Shown: piece by piece, positions 55,182-64,000 of the stretch
Layout: every line of letters starts with the position of its first letter
How positions within the stretch are numbered: the stretch's first letter is position 1
Origin: a bacterium
GTDB taxonomy: Bacteria; Patescibacteriota; Minisyncoccia; Moranbacterales; UBA2206
DNA: 64,000 nt
Reading direction: 5' to 3'
Assembly (NCBI GenBank): GCA_029567195.1
Contig: JAKQLJ010000052.1
Location: 1,505-65,504 of the forward strand
Notes under the pieces: generated by a model
The model's database searches: none
What the model was told of the DNA's origin: nothing
What the model saw: only the letters and a program-made list of their open reading frames with translations
Position numbers and translations under genes: made by a program

Positions 55182-55973
55182 ATGGCGAAAATTATTTCTC
55201 TCGTCAACCAGAAGGGGGGGGTTGGTAAGACTACCTCTGCTATAAACCTGGCTTCTTATCTGGCTTCAGCCGGTAAGTTTGTGTTGCTTGTTGATCTTGA
55301 TCCTCAGGGAAATGCGTCATCCGGTTTGGGGATTGATGTTAGAAATGTGGAAAAAAGCTTATATCATTCGATGATAATAGGGGAACATCCAAAAAATGTC
55401 ATTCTTCGAGCCGAAGCTTTTGGACATGATCTTGTTCCGGCCTCTCAAGATTTGGCGGGTGCCGGCATAGAACTGGTGCATATGGATAATCGGGAATTTC
55501 GCCTCTATAATGTTTTAAGAGAAATCAGGACTAACTATGATTATATAATTATTGATTCTCCGCCCAGTCTTGGACTTCTGACTATTAACGGGCTGGTGGC
55601 GTCGGATGAAGTGATTATCCCTGTGCAAACAGAATATTTTGCTCTGGAAGGATTGAGCCAGCTTCTAAATACTATAAATTTAGTGCGGGAAAATTTACAA
55701 CCGGAACTCAAAATAATGGGAGCGCTTCTCACTATGTATGATAAAAGAAATAGATTGGCAAGGCAGGTGGTAAAAGAAATAAGAGATCATTTTCCGGGTC
55801 ATGTTTTTGATTCTATTGTTCCGAGGTCAGTAAGACTGGCAGAAGCTCCGGGATTTGGAAAATCAATTCTTTCTTTTGATTCTTTTTCCAAGGGAGCCAG
55901 ATCGTATAAGAATTTAGCCAGAGAGATAATTGAACTGGATAAAAAAAATAATCAAAAGGGATTTAGCGTATAA
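55182..55973 (+). CDS. parA: ParA/Soj chromosome partitioning ATPase
   Basis: Deviant Walker A NQKGGVGKTT and DLDPQGNAS. Confidence 0.9.
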   Translation: MAKIISLVNQKGGVGKTTSAINLASYLASAGKFVLLVDLDPQGNASSGLGIDVRNVEKSLYHSMIIGEHPKNVILRAEAFGHDLVPASQDLAGAGIELVHMDNREFRLYNVLREIRTNYDYIIIDSPPSLGLLTINGLVASDEVIIPVQTEYFALEGLSQLLNTINLVRENLQPELKIMGALLTMYDKRNRLARQVVKEIRDHFPGHVFDSIVPRSVRLAEAPGFGKSILSFDSFSKGARSYKNLAREIIELDKKNNQKGFSV

Positions 55974-56062
55974 TCTACAAATCTATAATCCCATAAGTTT
56001 ACAAATTGATTGCCTGGTGGCAGGCGAGCAACTGATTTGTGGATTCGTGGGATAAAATAAAA

Positions 56063-56995
56063 ATGGCGCAGAACTATGGTTTAGGGAGGGGTCTGGCTTC
56101 TCTCATTCCGCAAAAAAATAAAAAAATAGACAAACCCGACGAAGACTTTAATTATTTCGGGACGACAGCTTCTAAAAATGCTGGTCCTTTTAATGATAAA
56201 ATTCAAAATCAAGATGGAAATGTATCTTCGGGCGGCAGTTTTTCAGTTAATATTTCCCAAATTATTCCCAATCCGCATCAGCCGAGAATAAAGTTTGACG
56301 AGGAAAAACTTCAGGAACTGGCCGCTTCAGTAAAGGAACACGGGATAATTCAGCCGATCACTGTCAGCAAATCCGGTAATCAATACGAAATTATTGCCGG
56401 TGAGCGCCGTTTTCAGGCGGCTAAGATTGCCGGCTTAAAAGAGGTGCCAGTAATCGTTAGGGAAGTGACGGAACAGCAAAAATTAGAGTTGGCTGTCATT
56501 GAAAATATTCAGCGCCATGATCTTAATCCGGTAGAGGAAGCCAAATCTTATAAAAAACTGATGGAAGAATTTGATATGAGCCAGGAAGAGATTGCCGTAA
56601 AATTGAGCAAAAATAGAAGCTCGGTGGCTAATAAATTACGACTGCTGAATCTGCCGGTAGAAATTCAACGCAGTTTAATCGAAGGAAAAATTACTGAAGG
56701 TCATGCCAAGGCAATTCTGGCCATAGAAAATCCGGAAAAACAAAGAGCTCTCTATGAAATGATTCTAAAAAACAATTGGACCGTCAGGCAAGCGGAAAAC
56801 AAAACCAAAGAAGTGTCGGTAAGAACTCATAAAAGAAATGTTGCAGTTGATCCGGAAATAAAACAAAAAGAAGAAGAAATTTCCCAAAAATTGGGGACTA
56901 AAGCAAAAATAAGCCGCTCGGGCGGCGGAGGAAGAATTGTTATTGATTATTATTCCAAAGAAGAACTGGACAATATTATTTCCAAAATTCTATAA
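56063..56995 (+). CDS. parB: ParB/Spo0J partition protein
   Basis: GLGRGLASLIP, IAGERRFQAAKIAGL (ParB box), HTH region EIAVKLSKNRSSVANKLRLL. Start at ATG 56063. Confidence 0.9.
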   Translation: MAQNYGLGRGLASLIPQKNKKIDKPDEDFNYFGTTASKNAGPFNDKIQNQDGNVSSGGSFSVNISQIIPNPHQPRIKFDEEKLQELAASVKEHGIIQPITVSKSGNQYEIIAGERRFQAAKIAGLKEVPVIVREVTEQQKLELAVIENIQRHDLNPVEEAKSYKKLMEEFDMSQEEIAVKLSKNRSSVANKLRLLNLPVEIQRSLIEGKITEGHAKAILAIENPEKQRALYEMILKNNWTVRQAENKTKEVSVRTHKRNVAVDPEIKQKEEEISQKLGTKAKISRSGGGGRIVIDYYSKEELDNIISKIL

Positions 56996-58486
56996 CATTC
57001 CATCTTTTTTCATAAACTTTCGGATGTGGGATTTAGCTTCAGAAGTCCGGACGAACCTCAGCCAGTCGCGGCTGGGGTTTTTATGTTCCTTGGAAGTGGC
57101 GATTTCTACCACGTCCCCGTTATGAATTTTATAATCCAACGGGACAATCCTGCCATTAACCTTGGCGCCCATAGCGCGATTACCTATTTCACTGTGCACT
57201 TTATAGGCAAAATCAACAGGAGTGGATTCTTCTGGCAGATCGATAATATCGCCTAAAGGAGTGAAGGCGAAGATATGATTTTTGAAAAAATCAATTTTTA
57301 AGCTCTCGATAAATTCCTGATTATCTTTTCCCAATTCATTTTGCCATTCCCGGAGTTGCCTTATCCAGTTTACTTCTTTTTCCGGGACTTTTTGAGCCGT
57401 GCTGGAACGGAAAAAATAATCCCGCAGTCTTTTCTTTTTTTCGGAATATATCCAATGGGCGGCAATTCCGAATTCTGCCTCATCGTCCATTTTTTTGGTT
57501 CTGATCTGCACTTCCAGAAATTTTCCTTCCGGACCGAAAATGGTAGTGTGGATAGATTGATACCCGTTGGGCTTGGGCAGGGAAATATAATCTTTTATCC
57601 TGCCGACAAGCGGATGGAATCTTTTGTGCACAATGCCCAAGGTTTCATAACAGTTAACCACTTCCGGCACTATTATCCTTATGCCGGTCAGGTCGTAAAT
57701 TTTATTTATATCCATGTCGTGGCGTTTGAGCTTCTGAAAGAGGCTGTGTAAATGTTTTGTCCGGCCAAAAATTTTTATCACTTCAATTTTTTCTTTGGCT
57801 AACTCTCTCCTGAGTTCGTTAACCACCTTGTCGACATATTTTCTTCGCTGTTCGTATTGTTCCTTGGCTAATTTTGTCACATATTCGAAATTTTCCGGAT
57901 CAAGGTGCTTAAAAGCCAGATCTTCAAGTCTCACCTTAAATTCTCCGATTCCCAGCCTATTGGCCAGAGGCGCGAATACTTCCATTGTTTCAACGGCAAT
58001 TCTTTGCTGTTTTTCCGGAGGAAGAGCGTCCAGAGTTTCCATATTGTGAAGCCTATCGGCCAGTTTTATGATAACCACCCGCACGTCGGCGGCCATAGCT
58101 AAAAACATTTTTCTTAAATTTTCCAAAAATATCTCCTCTTTTGTTCCCCTTAATCTTATTTTTCCTAATTTCGTTACGCCATCGATAAGAGCGGAAATTT
58201 CTTTTCCAAATTCTTTTTCTATTTCCTCAATGGTTATCTGGGTGTCTTCGGGGACATCGTGAAGAAGGCCGGCAGAAATGGTTTTTGATCCCATTCCGAT
58301 TTTAGCCAGATTAAGAGCGGTGTGCATGGGATGCTGGATGTAATCTTCGCCCGATTTTCTTTTTTGTCCCTGATGGGCTTTTTCCGCTAAATCATAAGCT
58401 TTTTTGATGAGCGTTTCTCTTCTGGAATCAGGATAAAAACGGGTATTTTTTATTACATCTTCAATTGTTATCAAGGGATAGGACAT
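56990..58486 (-). CDS. rel: bifunctional (p)ppGpp synthetase/hydrolase, RelA/SpoT family (no ACT domain)
   Basis: HD domain HPMHTA..LLHDVPEDT, synthetase RIKDYISLPKPNGYQSIHTTI, and TGS FTPLGDIIDLPEESTPVDFAY. 498 aa. Confidence 0.9.
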   Translation of the reverse strand: MSYPLITIEDVIKNTRFYPDSRRETLIKKAYDLAEKAHQGQKRKSGEDYIQHPMHTALNLAKIGMGSKTISAGLLHDVPEDTQITIEEIEKEFGKEISALIDGVTKLGKIRLRGTKEEIFLENLRKMFLAMAADVRVVIIKLADRLHNMETLDALPPEKQQRIAVETMEVFAPLANRLGIGEFKVRLEDLAFKHLDPENFEYVTKLAKEQYEQRRKYVDKVVNELRRELAKEKIEVIKIFGRTKHLHSLFQKLKRHDMDINKIYDLTGIRIIVPEVVNCYETLGIVHKRFHPLVGRIKDYISLPKPNGYQSIHTTIFGPEGKFLEVQIRTKKMDDEAEFGIAAHWIYSEKKKRLRDYFFRSSTAQKVPEKEVNWIRQLREWQNELGKDNQEFIESLKIDFFKNHIFAFTPLGDIIDLPEESTPVDFAYKVHSEIGNRAMGAKVNGRIVPLDYKIHNGDVVEIATSKEHKNPSRDWLRFVRTSEAKSHIRKFMKKDGML

Positions 58487-58492
58487 AGAATT

Positions 58493-60742
58493 TTAGTTCA
58501 CTTCTTCATATTTACACTCCTTATTAGAACATTTTATTTTTCCTTTTGTGTCGTATATCAAAAGGCTTTGGCATACCGGGCAAATTTTTCCATTAGGCTT
58601 GTTCCAAAGGGCAAAGTCGCATTTAGGATAGGTGTTGCATCCGTAAAAGGATCGCCCCCGTTTGGATTTTCTCTCTACAATTTCTCCTTCTTTGCATTTG
58701 GGACAGGTTATGCCGGTCTTGTTTTCTATCCTTTTGATGTTTTTGCAATCCGGATATTTGGAGCAACCCAAAAACGGTCCAAATCTTCCATGTTTTACTG
58801 CCATGGGAGAGCCGCAAAGTTCGCAAATTTCTCCAGCATTTTCATCGTCTAATTTTTTTTCATCGGCCGTTTTTTCCGTGTAACGGCAATTGGGGAAATT
58901 GGAGCAAGCGATAAATTTTCCAAATCGGCCGAATTTAACAATCAAATCTCCGCCACATTCAGGACATTGGCGGTCTAATTTTTCCTGGTAATCCTCCTTT
59001 TTAACAGTTTTAACCTTGCTTTCAATATTTTTATGAAAAGGTTTGTAAAATTCCCGAATTATAGGCACCCAATTCTCTTTTCCTTCGGCAATTTTGTCAA
59101 AATTTTCTTCCATATTGGCAGTAAATCCCGTATCAACGATAGTGGGGAAGTGTTCTACCAGTATATCATTAACGAGCAGTCCTATTTCCAGAGGAAACAA
59201 GCGTTTCTCTTCATTTTTATCCACATATTTTCTTTCAATAATAGTAGAAATAGTCGGAGCATAAGTTGATGGGCGGCCGATGCCATTTTCTTCCAAGACT
59301 TTTACCAAACTTGCTTCGCTGTAACGCGGCGGCGGAGTAGTGGATTTTTCTTGGGTATCGATGGAAGCAATTTCCAATTCGTCTTTTGTTTTCAGCTCCG
59401 GAAGAAGATGTTCGCCGTTTGTTTTTCTTGAAGAAAAAGCTCTTAGATAGCCATCAAATTTGATGGTTGAACCATTGGCATGCAGCAGATATTCATTTTT
59501 GGATTCTTTATTTTTGGCGGAAACTTCCACTTTCACAGAATCAAAAATGGCCGGAGACATTTGGGAAGCAATCATTCTTTCCCAGATAAGCTTGTATAAT
59601 TTATACTGATCCGATTCCAAGGAATCTTTTAATTCTTCCGGATGTTTTTCGGGATAAGCCGGTCGGATAGCTTCATGGGCCTCCTGGGCGCCTTTGGATT
59701 TATTTTTAAAAAATCTTGGATTTTTCAGGGAATATTTCTGGCCGAATTTTTCATCAATAACTTTTTTGGCTTGAAGCATCGATTCCAGGGAAAGATTGAC
59801 ACTATCCGTTCGCATATAAGTGATGAAACCCTGTTCGTAAAGTTTTTGGGCGGCGATCATGGTTTTTTTGGCGGAGTAACCCAAAGTGTTGATTGATGCC
59901 TGTTGAAGAGTGGATGTGGTGAAAGGAGCCGATGGTTGGCGAATAATCTCTTTTTTTATAACATCTTTCACATGCAAAACAGACTTTTTTAAATCCTCTG
60001 CTGTTTCCCGGGCGGATTTTTCATTATTGAAAATAGTTTCTTTGATTTTGTAATCTCCGGCAAAAAGCTTGAGTGTTTCCGTTTTTTCAATTTTCTTTCC
60101 GTTTTTTTCTATCAATTCTCCTTGAAACTTTTGGTCATCAGCGCCGCCTTTCTTTTTTAACTCCAGCGGAACAGTCCAGAATTTTTTTGATTGAAATTTT
60201 TCAATTTCCCGTTCGCGTTCCGCAATCAGACGAAGGGCAACCGATTGCACTCTGCCGGCACTCAATCCTCTTCTGACTTTTTTCCATAAAAATGGCGACA
60301 GCTCATAGCCGACAAGTCGATCAAGCACCCGTCGGGCTTGCTGGGCATCCACTAAATCAAGATCGATTTCACGGGGATTTTCTATGGCCTTATCAATGGC
60401 TTTTTTGGTAATTTCATGAAAAACTATCCTTTTCGGAGAACTTTTTTTAAGATTCAGGGCGGAAACCAGATGCCAAGAAATGGCCTCTCCTTCGCGGTCT
60501 TCGTCGGTAGCCAGGATAACTTCATCTGCCTTTTGGGCTATTTTTTTCAATTCAGAAACCCGAGTTCTGGCGGCACCGGGAATTATATATTTTGGCTCGA
60601 AGTCTTTTTCTATATCAATACCCATTTCTTTTTTGGGCAAATCCCTGACATGGCCGTAGGAAGATTTTACAACATAATTTTTTCCCAAAAATTTGGAAAT
60701 TGTTTTAGCCTTAGTGGGAGACTCGACAATTACTAGTTTCAT
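58493..60742 (-). CDS. topA: DNA topoisomerase I
   Basis: Toprim MKLVIVESPTKAKTI, active-site region FITYMRTDS, and four C-terminal CxxC..CxxC zinc ribbons. Start moved to Met-24 of the ORF (60742). Confidence 0.95.
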   Translation of the reverse strand: MKLVIVESPTKAKTISKFLGKNYVVKSSYGHVRDLPKKEMGIDIEKDFEPKYIIPGAARTRVSELKKIAQKADEVILATDEDREGEAISWHLVSALNLKKSSPKRIVFHEITKKAIDKAIENPREIDLDLVDAQQARRVLDRLVGYELSPFLWKKVRRGLSAGRVQSVALRLIAEREREIEKFQSKKFWTVPLELKKKGGADDQKFQGELIEKNGKKIEKTETLKLFAGDYKIKETIFNNEKSARETAEDLKKSVLHVKDVIKKEIIRQPSAPFTTSTLQQASINTLGYSAKKTMIAAQKLYEQGFITYMRTDSVNLSLESMLQAKKVIDEKFGQKYSLKNPRFFKNKSKGAQEAHEAIRPAYPEKHPEELKDSLESDQYKLYKLIWERMIASQMSPAIFDSVKVEVSAKNKESKNEYLLHANGSTIKFDGYLRAFSSRKTNGEHLLPELKTKDELEIASIDTQEKSTTPPPRYSEASLVKVLEENGIGRPSTYAPTISTIIERKYVDKNEEKRLFPLEIGLLVNDILVEHFPTIVDTGFTANMEENFDKIAEGKENWVPIIREFYKPFHKNIESKVKTVKKEDYQEKLDRQCPECGGDLIVKFGRFGKFIACSNFPNCRYTEKTADEKKLDDENAGEICELCGSPMAVKHGRFGPFLGCSKYPDCKNIKRIENKTGITCPKCKEGEIVERKSKRGRSFYGCNTYPKCDFALWNKPNGKICPVCQSLLIYDTKGKIKCSNKECKYEEVN

Positions 60743-60768
60743 AATTTTTCGTTCGATGATGTTATAAA

Positions 60769-61845
60769 TTAGATGATTATATAATTCTGGCCGCCGATAT
60801 TTTTTGTCCAACCCTTGATTTCCATAATGGACAAAGTGGAACTGACTGTAGCAACTTCCAGTCTAGAGAGTTTTGAAATTATGTCAATGTGAAGCGGATC
60901 GGAAGATAAAATTTTTAAAATTATTTCTTCTTCTTTGGAAGAGGGAATCTTAGCTATTAATTTAGCTCCTGCTTCGTTTTCATTTAAATCCAATTCTTCC
61001 AGGATGTCTTTTATTGAAGTCACCACTCTGGCCCCGCTTTTTATTAAATTATTAGTGCCGATGGACTGAGAAGAAAAAATCGATCCCGGAACTGAAAAAA
61101 TTTCTCTGTTGTAATCCAAGGCCATTTTGGCGGTGATAAGGGCTCCGCTGTTTTCGGAAGCTTCGATGACCAGTGTTCCAAGCGAAAGTCCGGCGATAAT
61201 CCTATTTCTAGCGGGAAAAGTAAGCGGACCGGCCGAAGTTTTTATCGGATATTCGCTTAAAAGAAGGCCTTGTTGGGATATTTCTCTGGAAAGATTGAAA
61301 TTGTTTCTGGGGTAGATGCTGTTATCATCCAAGCTATTGCCGAGAACAGCAATGGTTTTTCCCTTTTCCTCAAGAGCTCCCCGATGAGCAAAAGTGTCTA
61401 TCCCTATGGCCATTCCGCTAACTACGGTTATATTGGCCTTAGCCAGCTCTCCGGCAAAAGAACGGGCAATTTGTGCTCCGTAGCTGGTATATTTTCTGGA
61501 GCCTACTACTGAAATTCCTATAAATTTTTCAAAGTTATAATTTCCTCGCGTATATATAATGTAAGGGGGGTTGGGGATTTCTCTGAGAATTTCCGGATAA
61601 TCACTATTTTCCCAGGCAATCATTTTTATGCCGTTCTTTTCTAATTTTTCCCATTCCTCTTCCGGATTGATGCAACTCTTTTCTTGAACCACCGTTTCGG
61701 CAGTTTTCTCTCCAATGCCGCTGTTTATTAAATCTTTCAAGCTGGCTTTCCAAGCATTTTCTGGAGTTTTAAAGAAGGACAACAATTTTCTTGTTTTTTG
61801 CGGGCCTATGCCAGAAATTTTATTTAGGGCGTTTAGATATTTCAT
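60769..61845 (-). CDS. dprA: DNA processing protein DprA (Smf)
   Basis: VVGSRKYTSYG, VVSGMAIGIDTFAHRGAL, NRIIAGLS. Has a C-terminal winged-helix-like tail. Confidence 0.9.
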   Translation of the reverse strand: MKYLNALNKISGIGPQKTRKLLSFFKTPENAWKASLKDLINSGIGEKTAETVVQEKSCINPEEEWEKLEKNGIKMIAWENSDYPEILREIPNPPYIIYTRGNYNFEKFIGISVVGSRKYTSYGAQIARSFAGELAKANITVVSGMAIGIDTFAHRGALEEKGKTIAVLGNSLDDNSIYPRNNFNLSREISQQGLLLSEYPIKTSAGPLTFPARNRIIAGLSLGTLVIEASENSGALITAKMALDYNREIFSVPGSIFSSQSIGTNNLIKSGARVVTSIKDILEELDLNENEAGAKLIAKIPSSKEEEIILKILSSDPLHIDIISKLSRLEVATVSSTLSIMEIKGWTKNIGGQNYIII

Positions 61846-61902
61846 TTATCCGCCTGGAAGATAACTTACATATAAAAAAACAATAACATAAAGGGGACTC
61901 TC

Positions 61903-61932
61903 TTGACAAATTAGGCCGATATGTGATAGTAT
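61903..61932 (+). promoter_or_regulatory. sigma-70-type promoter candidate
   Basis: TTGACA, an 18-nt spacer ending TGa, then TAGTAT. About 45 nt upstream of the ATG at 61979. Confidence 0.45.
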
Positions 61933-61978
61933 TTCTTGACCTAAAAAAACAGCTTAAATTGGTTAACTTTTTAAATAA

Positions 61979-63061
61979 ATGAAAAAAAGTCATATCCAAG
62001 GAGAAACGCTAATTAAAACAGCAGAAAAAGAGCTTCAGGGGCTTAGATTTTTTGATTTGGTCATGGAAATGATGAATTCTTTGTCTCCCAGATCCCAAGA
62101 AATTATTCAGAAAAGACACGGTTTGTCAGAGGAAAAGGGAAAAACCTTGGAAAAAATAGGAAAAGAATATGGGATTACCAGAGAAAGAGTGCGTCAAATT
62201 ATTTCCGATGCCGTAGAAGTCATTTCTTCCAAGAAAGAAAATGAAAATTTCAGAAAAGCGGAAGAGCGGCTGATTTTTACAATTGAAAAAAATAATGGTA
62301 TAATTAAAGAAACCGACATAGTGCAAAAGTTTAATATAGACGGAGCCAAAGAAGCTAATTCTATAAGGTTTTTTGCTGGCTGTTCGGAAAAAATACAGGT
62401 AATTGGGGAGAAGGGAAATATTGAAAAATCATGGGTTCTTTCCAACGATGCCCTGATATTTGCCAGAAAAATTGGCGAAGAGGCAAAAAATATTTTAAAT
62501 AAGGAAAAGAAACTTTTGTCTGACAATGAAATTTCAAAAAAGATAAAGGAAAAAATATCCGATTTGGATGATATAGTAGAAGATAAAATATTAAGTTTTT
62601 TACATTCTCTTTCTGCTGTCAAGAAAAACAAATTTGGAAAATGGGGAATAATTAGCTGGCCGGAAGTCAATCCCAAGGGAACTCGGGAAAAGATATTTCT
62701 CATCCTAAAGGAAATGGGCAAGCCCCTTCATTTTACGGAAATTGCGGCTCTTATCGACGAACATAAACTGGGAAAAAGAAAAGCTCATCCTCAGACAGTG
62801 CATAATGAACTTATAAAAGACAATCGGTTTGTTTTGATTGGCCGGGGAATTTATGCTCTGAAAGAATGGGGATATACCCAGGGGACTATAAAGGATGTCT
62901 TGAAGGAAATTTTGGAAAAAAGCAAAAAACCTCTTTCCAGAGAAGAAATTATGGCTGAGGTTCTGAAGATGAGAAAGGTAAAAAAGACGACAATAATGAT
63001 AAACCTTAATAATGCTAAAAATTTCCAAAGACAAAACAATTTTTATACAGTTAAAAAATAA
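61979..63061 (+). CDS. DNA-binding protein with sigma-70 region-4-like HTH and C-terminal HARE-HTH-like domain
   Basis: SPRSQEIIQKRHGL..KTLEKIGKEYGITRERVRQI is region-4-like. LHFTEIAALI..VHNELIKDNRFVLIGRGIYALKEWGY is HARE-HTH-like. Confidence 0.6.
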   Translation: MKKSHIQGETLIKTAEKELQGLRFFDLVMEMMNSLSPRSQEIIQKRHGLSEEKGKTLEKIGKEYGITRERVRQIISDAVEVISSKKENENFRKAEERLIFTIEKNNGIIKETDIVQKFNIDGAKEANSIRFFAGCSEKIQVIGEKGNIEKSWVLSNDALIFARKIGEEAKNILNKEKKLLSDNEISKKIKEKISDLDDIVEDKILSFLHSLSAVKKNKFGKWGIISWPEVNPKGTREKIFLILKEMGKPLHFTEIAALIDEHKLGKRKAHPQTVHNELIKDNRFVLIGRGIYALKEWGYTQGTIKDVLKEILEKSKKPLSREEIMAEVLKMRKVKKTTIMINLNNAKNFQRQNNFYTVKK

Positions 63062-63129
63062 AAACAGAAAAAGCTTCCGGGTAAAAATAAAAACAAAAGA
63101 AAATAAAGCGTTTAGGTAAAACAAAAGCA

Positions 63130-64000
63130 ATGAACGGAACCAATGAAACTTTGAATACTTTTTATGCCTTTGGTCAGGTTTTCTATCATACTTGGTGGAT
63201 TGTCTTGCCTTGGGCTTTTTATTTTATTTTTAAAATAATTTTTAAAGATTATGTGGCTGTGCGTTCAGCCGATTCCTGGCATAAAAATTTGAAATGGACC
63301 TATTTGGAAGTTATTCCGCCTAAAGATATAGAGCGCGGTCCGAAAGTGATGGAATCTATTTGTGCCGGAATTTCCGGAGTAACAACAACGCACAATACTT
63401 TCGATCTGTGGCTTCGAGGCGCTTATTCCCAAGATCGTTTTAGTTTTGAACTTATAGGAGAAGAAGGTGTGGCCCATTTCATCATTCGTTGCCAGAAAAA
63501 ATACAGAAATTTAATTGAAGCGCAAGTATATGCTCAATATCCGGGGGCGGAAGTCATAGAAGTGGAGGATTATACTCTGCGTTTTCCCAAAGTCATTCCG
63601 AATAAATATTGGGATATGTGGGGAGTTGATTTCGGGTTTACCGCTCCGGAAGCTGTTCCTATAAAAACCTATGATCGATTTGAGGAAGATATTACCGGAA
63701 CTATGATTGATCCTATGGCTTCCATTTTGGAAGTGCTTGGCACTTTGACGCCCGATCAGCATATCTGGTTGCAATACATAATTATTCCTTTGCAGGAAAC
63801 CTGGAGTTATGAAGTGGCGCAAAAAAAAGCCGTTGAAAAATTAAAAGGAGTAGCTGTTGAATCAGGCGGCGGCTTCCTATCTGACTTGGGGGATATTTTT
63901 AGAAATATTTTTAGCGGTATTTTTGGTCCGCCTCAGTTTTCCGCTACTGCCAAAAAAGACGAACAGCCTTTGGAATTTCGCCTTACTCCGATGGAAAAAG
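63130..64000 (+). CDS. membrane-anchored hypothetical protein, 3' end cut by window edge (absent from ORF track)
   Basis: The frame from the ATG at 63130 is open for 290 codons to the window end; I translated it by eye and saw no stops. It starts MNGTNETLNTFYAFGQVFYHTWWIVLPWAFYFIFKIIF.. and continues ..LEVIPPKDIERGPKVMESICAGISG..VYAQYPGAEVIEVEDYT. The minus-strand ORFs here are antisense artefacts. Confidence 0.6.
   Translation, partial: MNGTNETLNTFYAFGQVFYHTWWIVLPWAFYFIFKIIFKDYVAVRSADSWHKNLKWTYLEVIPPKDIERGPKVMESICAGISGVTTTHNTFDLWLRGAYSQDRFSFELIGEEGVAHFIIRCQKKYRNLIEAQVYAQYPGAEVIEVEDYTLRFPKVIPNKYWDMWGVDFGFTAPEAVPIKTYDRFEEDITGTMIDPMASILEVLGTLTPDQHIWLQYIIIPLQETWSYEVAQKKAVEKLKGVAVESGGGFLSDLGDIFRNIFSGIFGPPQFSATAKKDEQPLEFRLTPMEK

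Noticed and set aside
55974-56062. A parS site (TGTTNCACGTGAAACA) near parAB
   Set aside because: I found no match to the consensus in the parA-parB region or elsewhere in the window by eye. A pattern search is needed to be sure.

Overview
This is an AT-rich, gene-dense window, almost entirely housekeeping. It looks like a small-genome, possibly CPR/Patescibacteria-like, bacterium; that lineage call is inferred from gene content and was not searched. The standard code applies, since TGA closes well-conserved genes such as atpD.

Recognisable genes:
- Translation: recO, tgt, glyQS, metG, leuS and one tRNA-Leu(CAA).
- RNA modification: rsmI, rlmN, and a peptidase-U32 gene.
- A complete F1Fo ATP synthase operon: atpZ-like, then atpB, E, F, H, A, G, D, C.
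- Cell-envelope precursors: a nucleotidyltransferase, yvcK, and glmS.
- Chromosome functions: parA, parB, rel, topA, dprA.
- Others: tatD, an M16 peptidase, an AI-2E transporter, a MacB/FtsX-type ABC pair, and a GGDEF protein.
- Several large secreted repeat proteins.

Most interesting observations:
1. A SipW-type signal peptidase sits among three TasA/camelysin-like paralogues (3871-8634). One paralogue is fused to two lamin-tail domains, one is membrane-anchored, and the major one is frameshifted.
2. leuS carries an in-frame insertion of about 165 aa that looks like a LinA/AadB-type nucleotidyltransferase domain.
3. An Elp3-like gene and a divergent Trm9-like methyltransferase (split at an A5 run) resemble the eukaryote/archaeon-style (m)cm5U34 pathway.
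4. Several families of nested palindromic repeats fill the intergenic gaps, especially inside the atp operon. Related sequence also appears in frame inside leuS, elp3 and the U32 gene.
5. A T-box leader precedes glyQS.
6. The atp operon is interrupted by an antisense small ORF.

Limits: everything was read by eye, with no database or folding tools. Coordinates of non-CDS features may be off by a few nucleotides. Family assignments rest on motifs recalled from memory.
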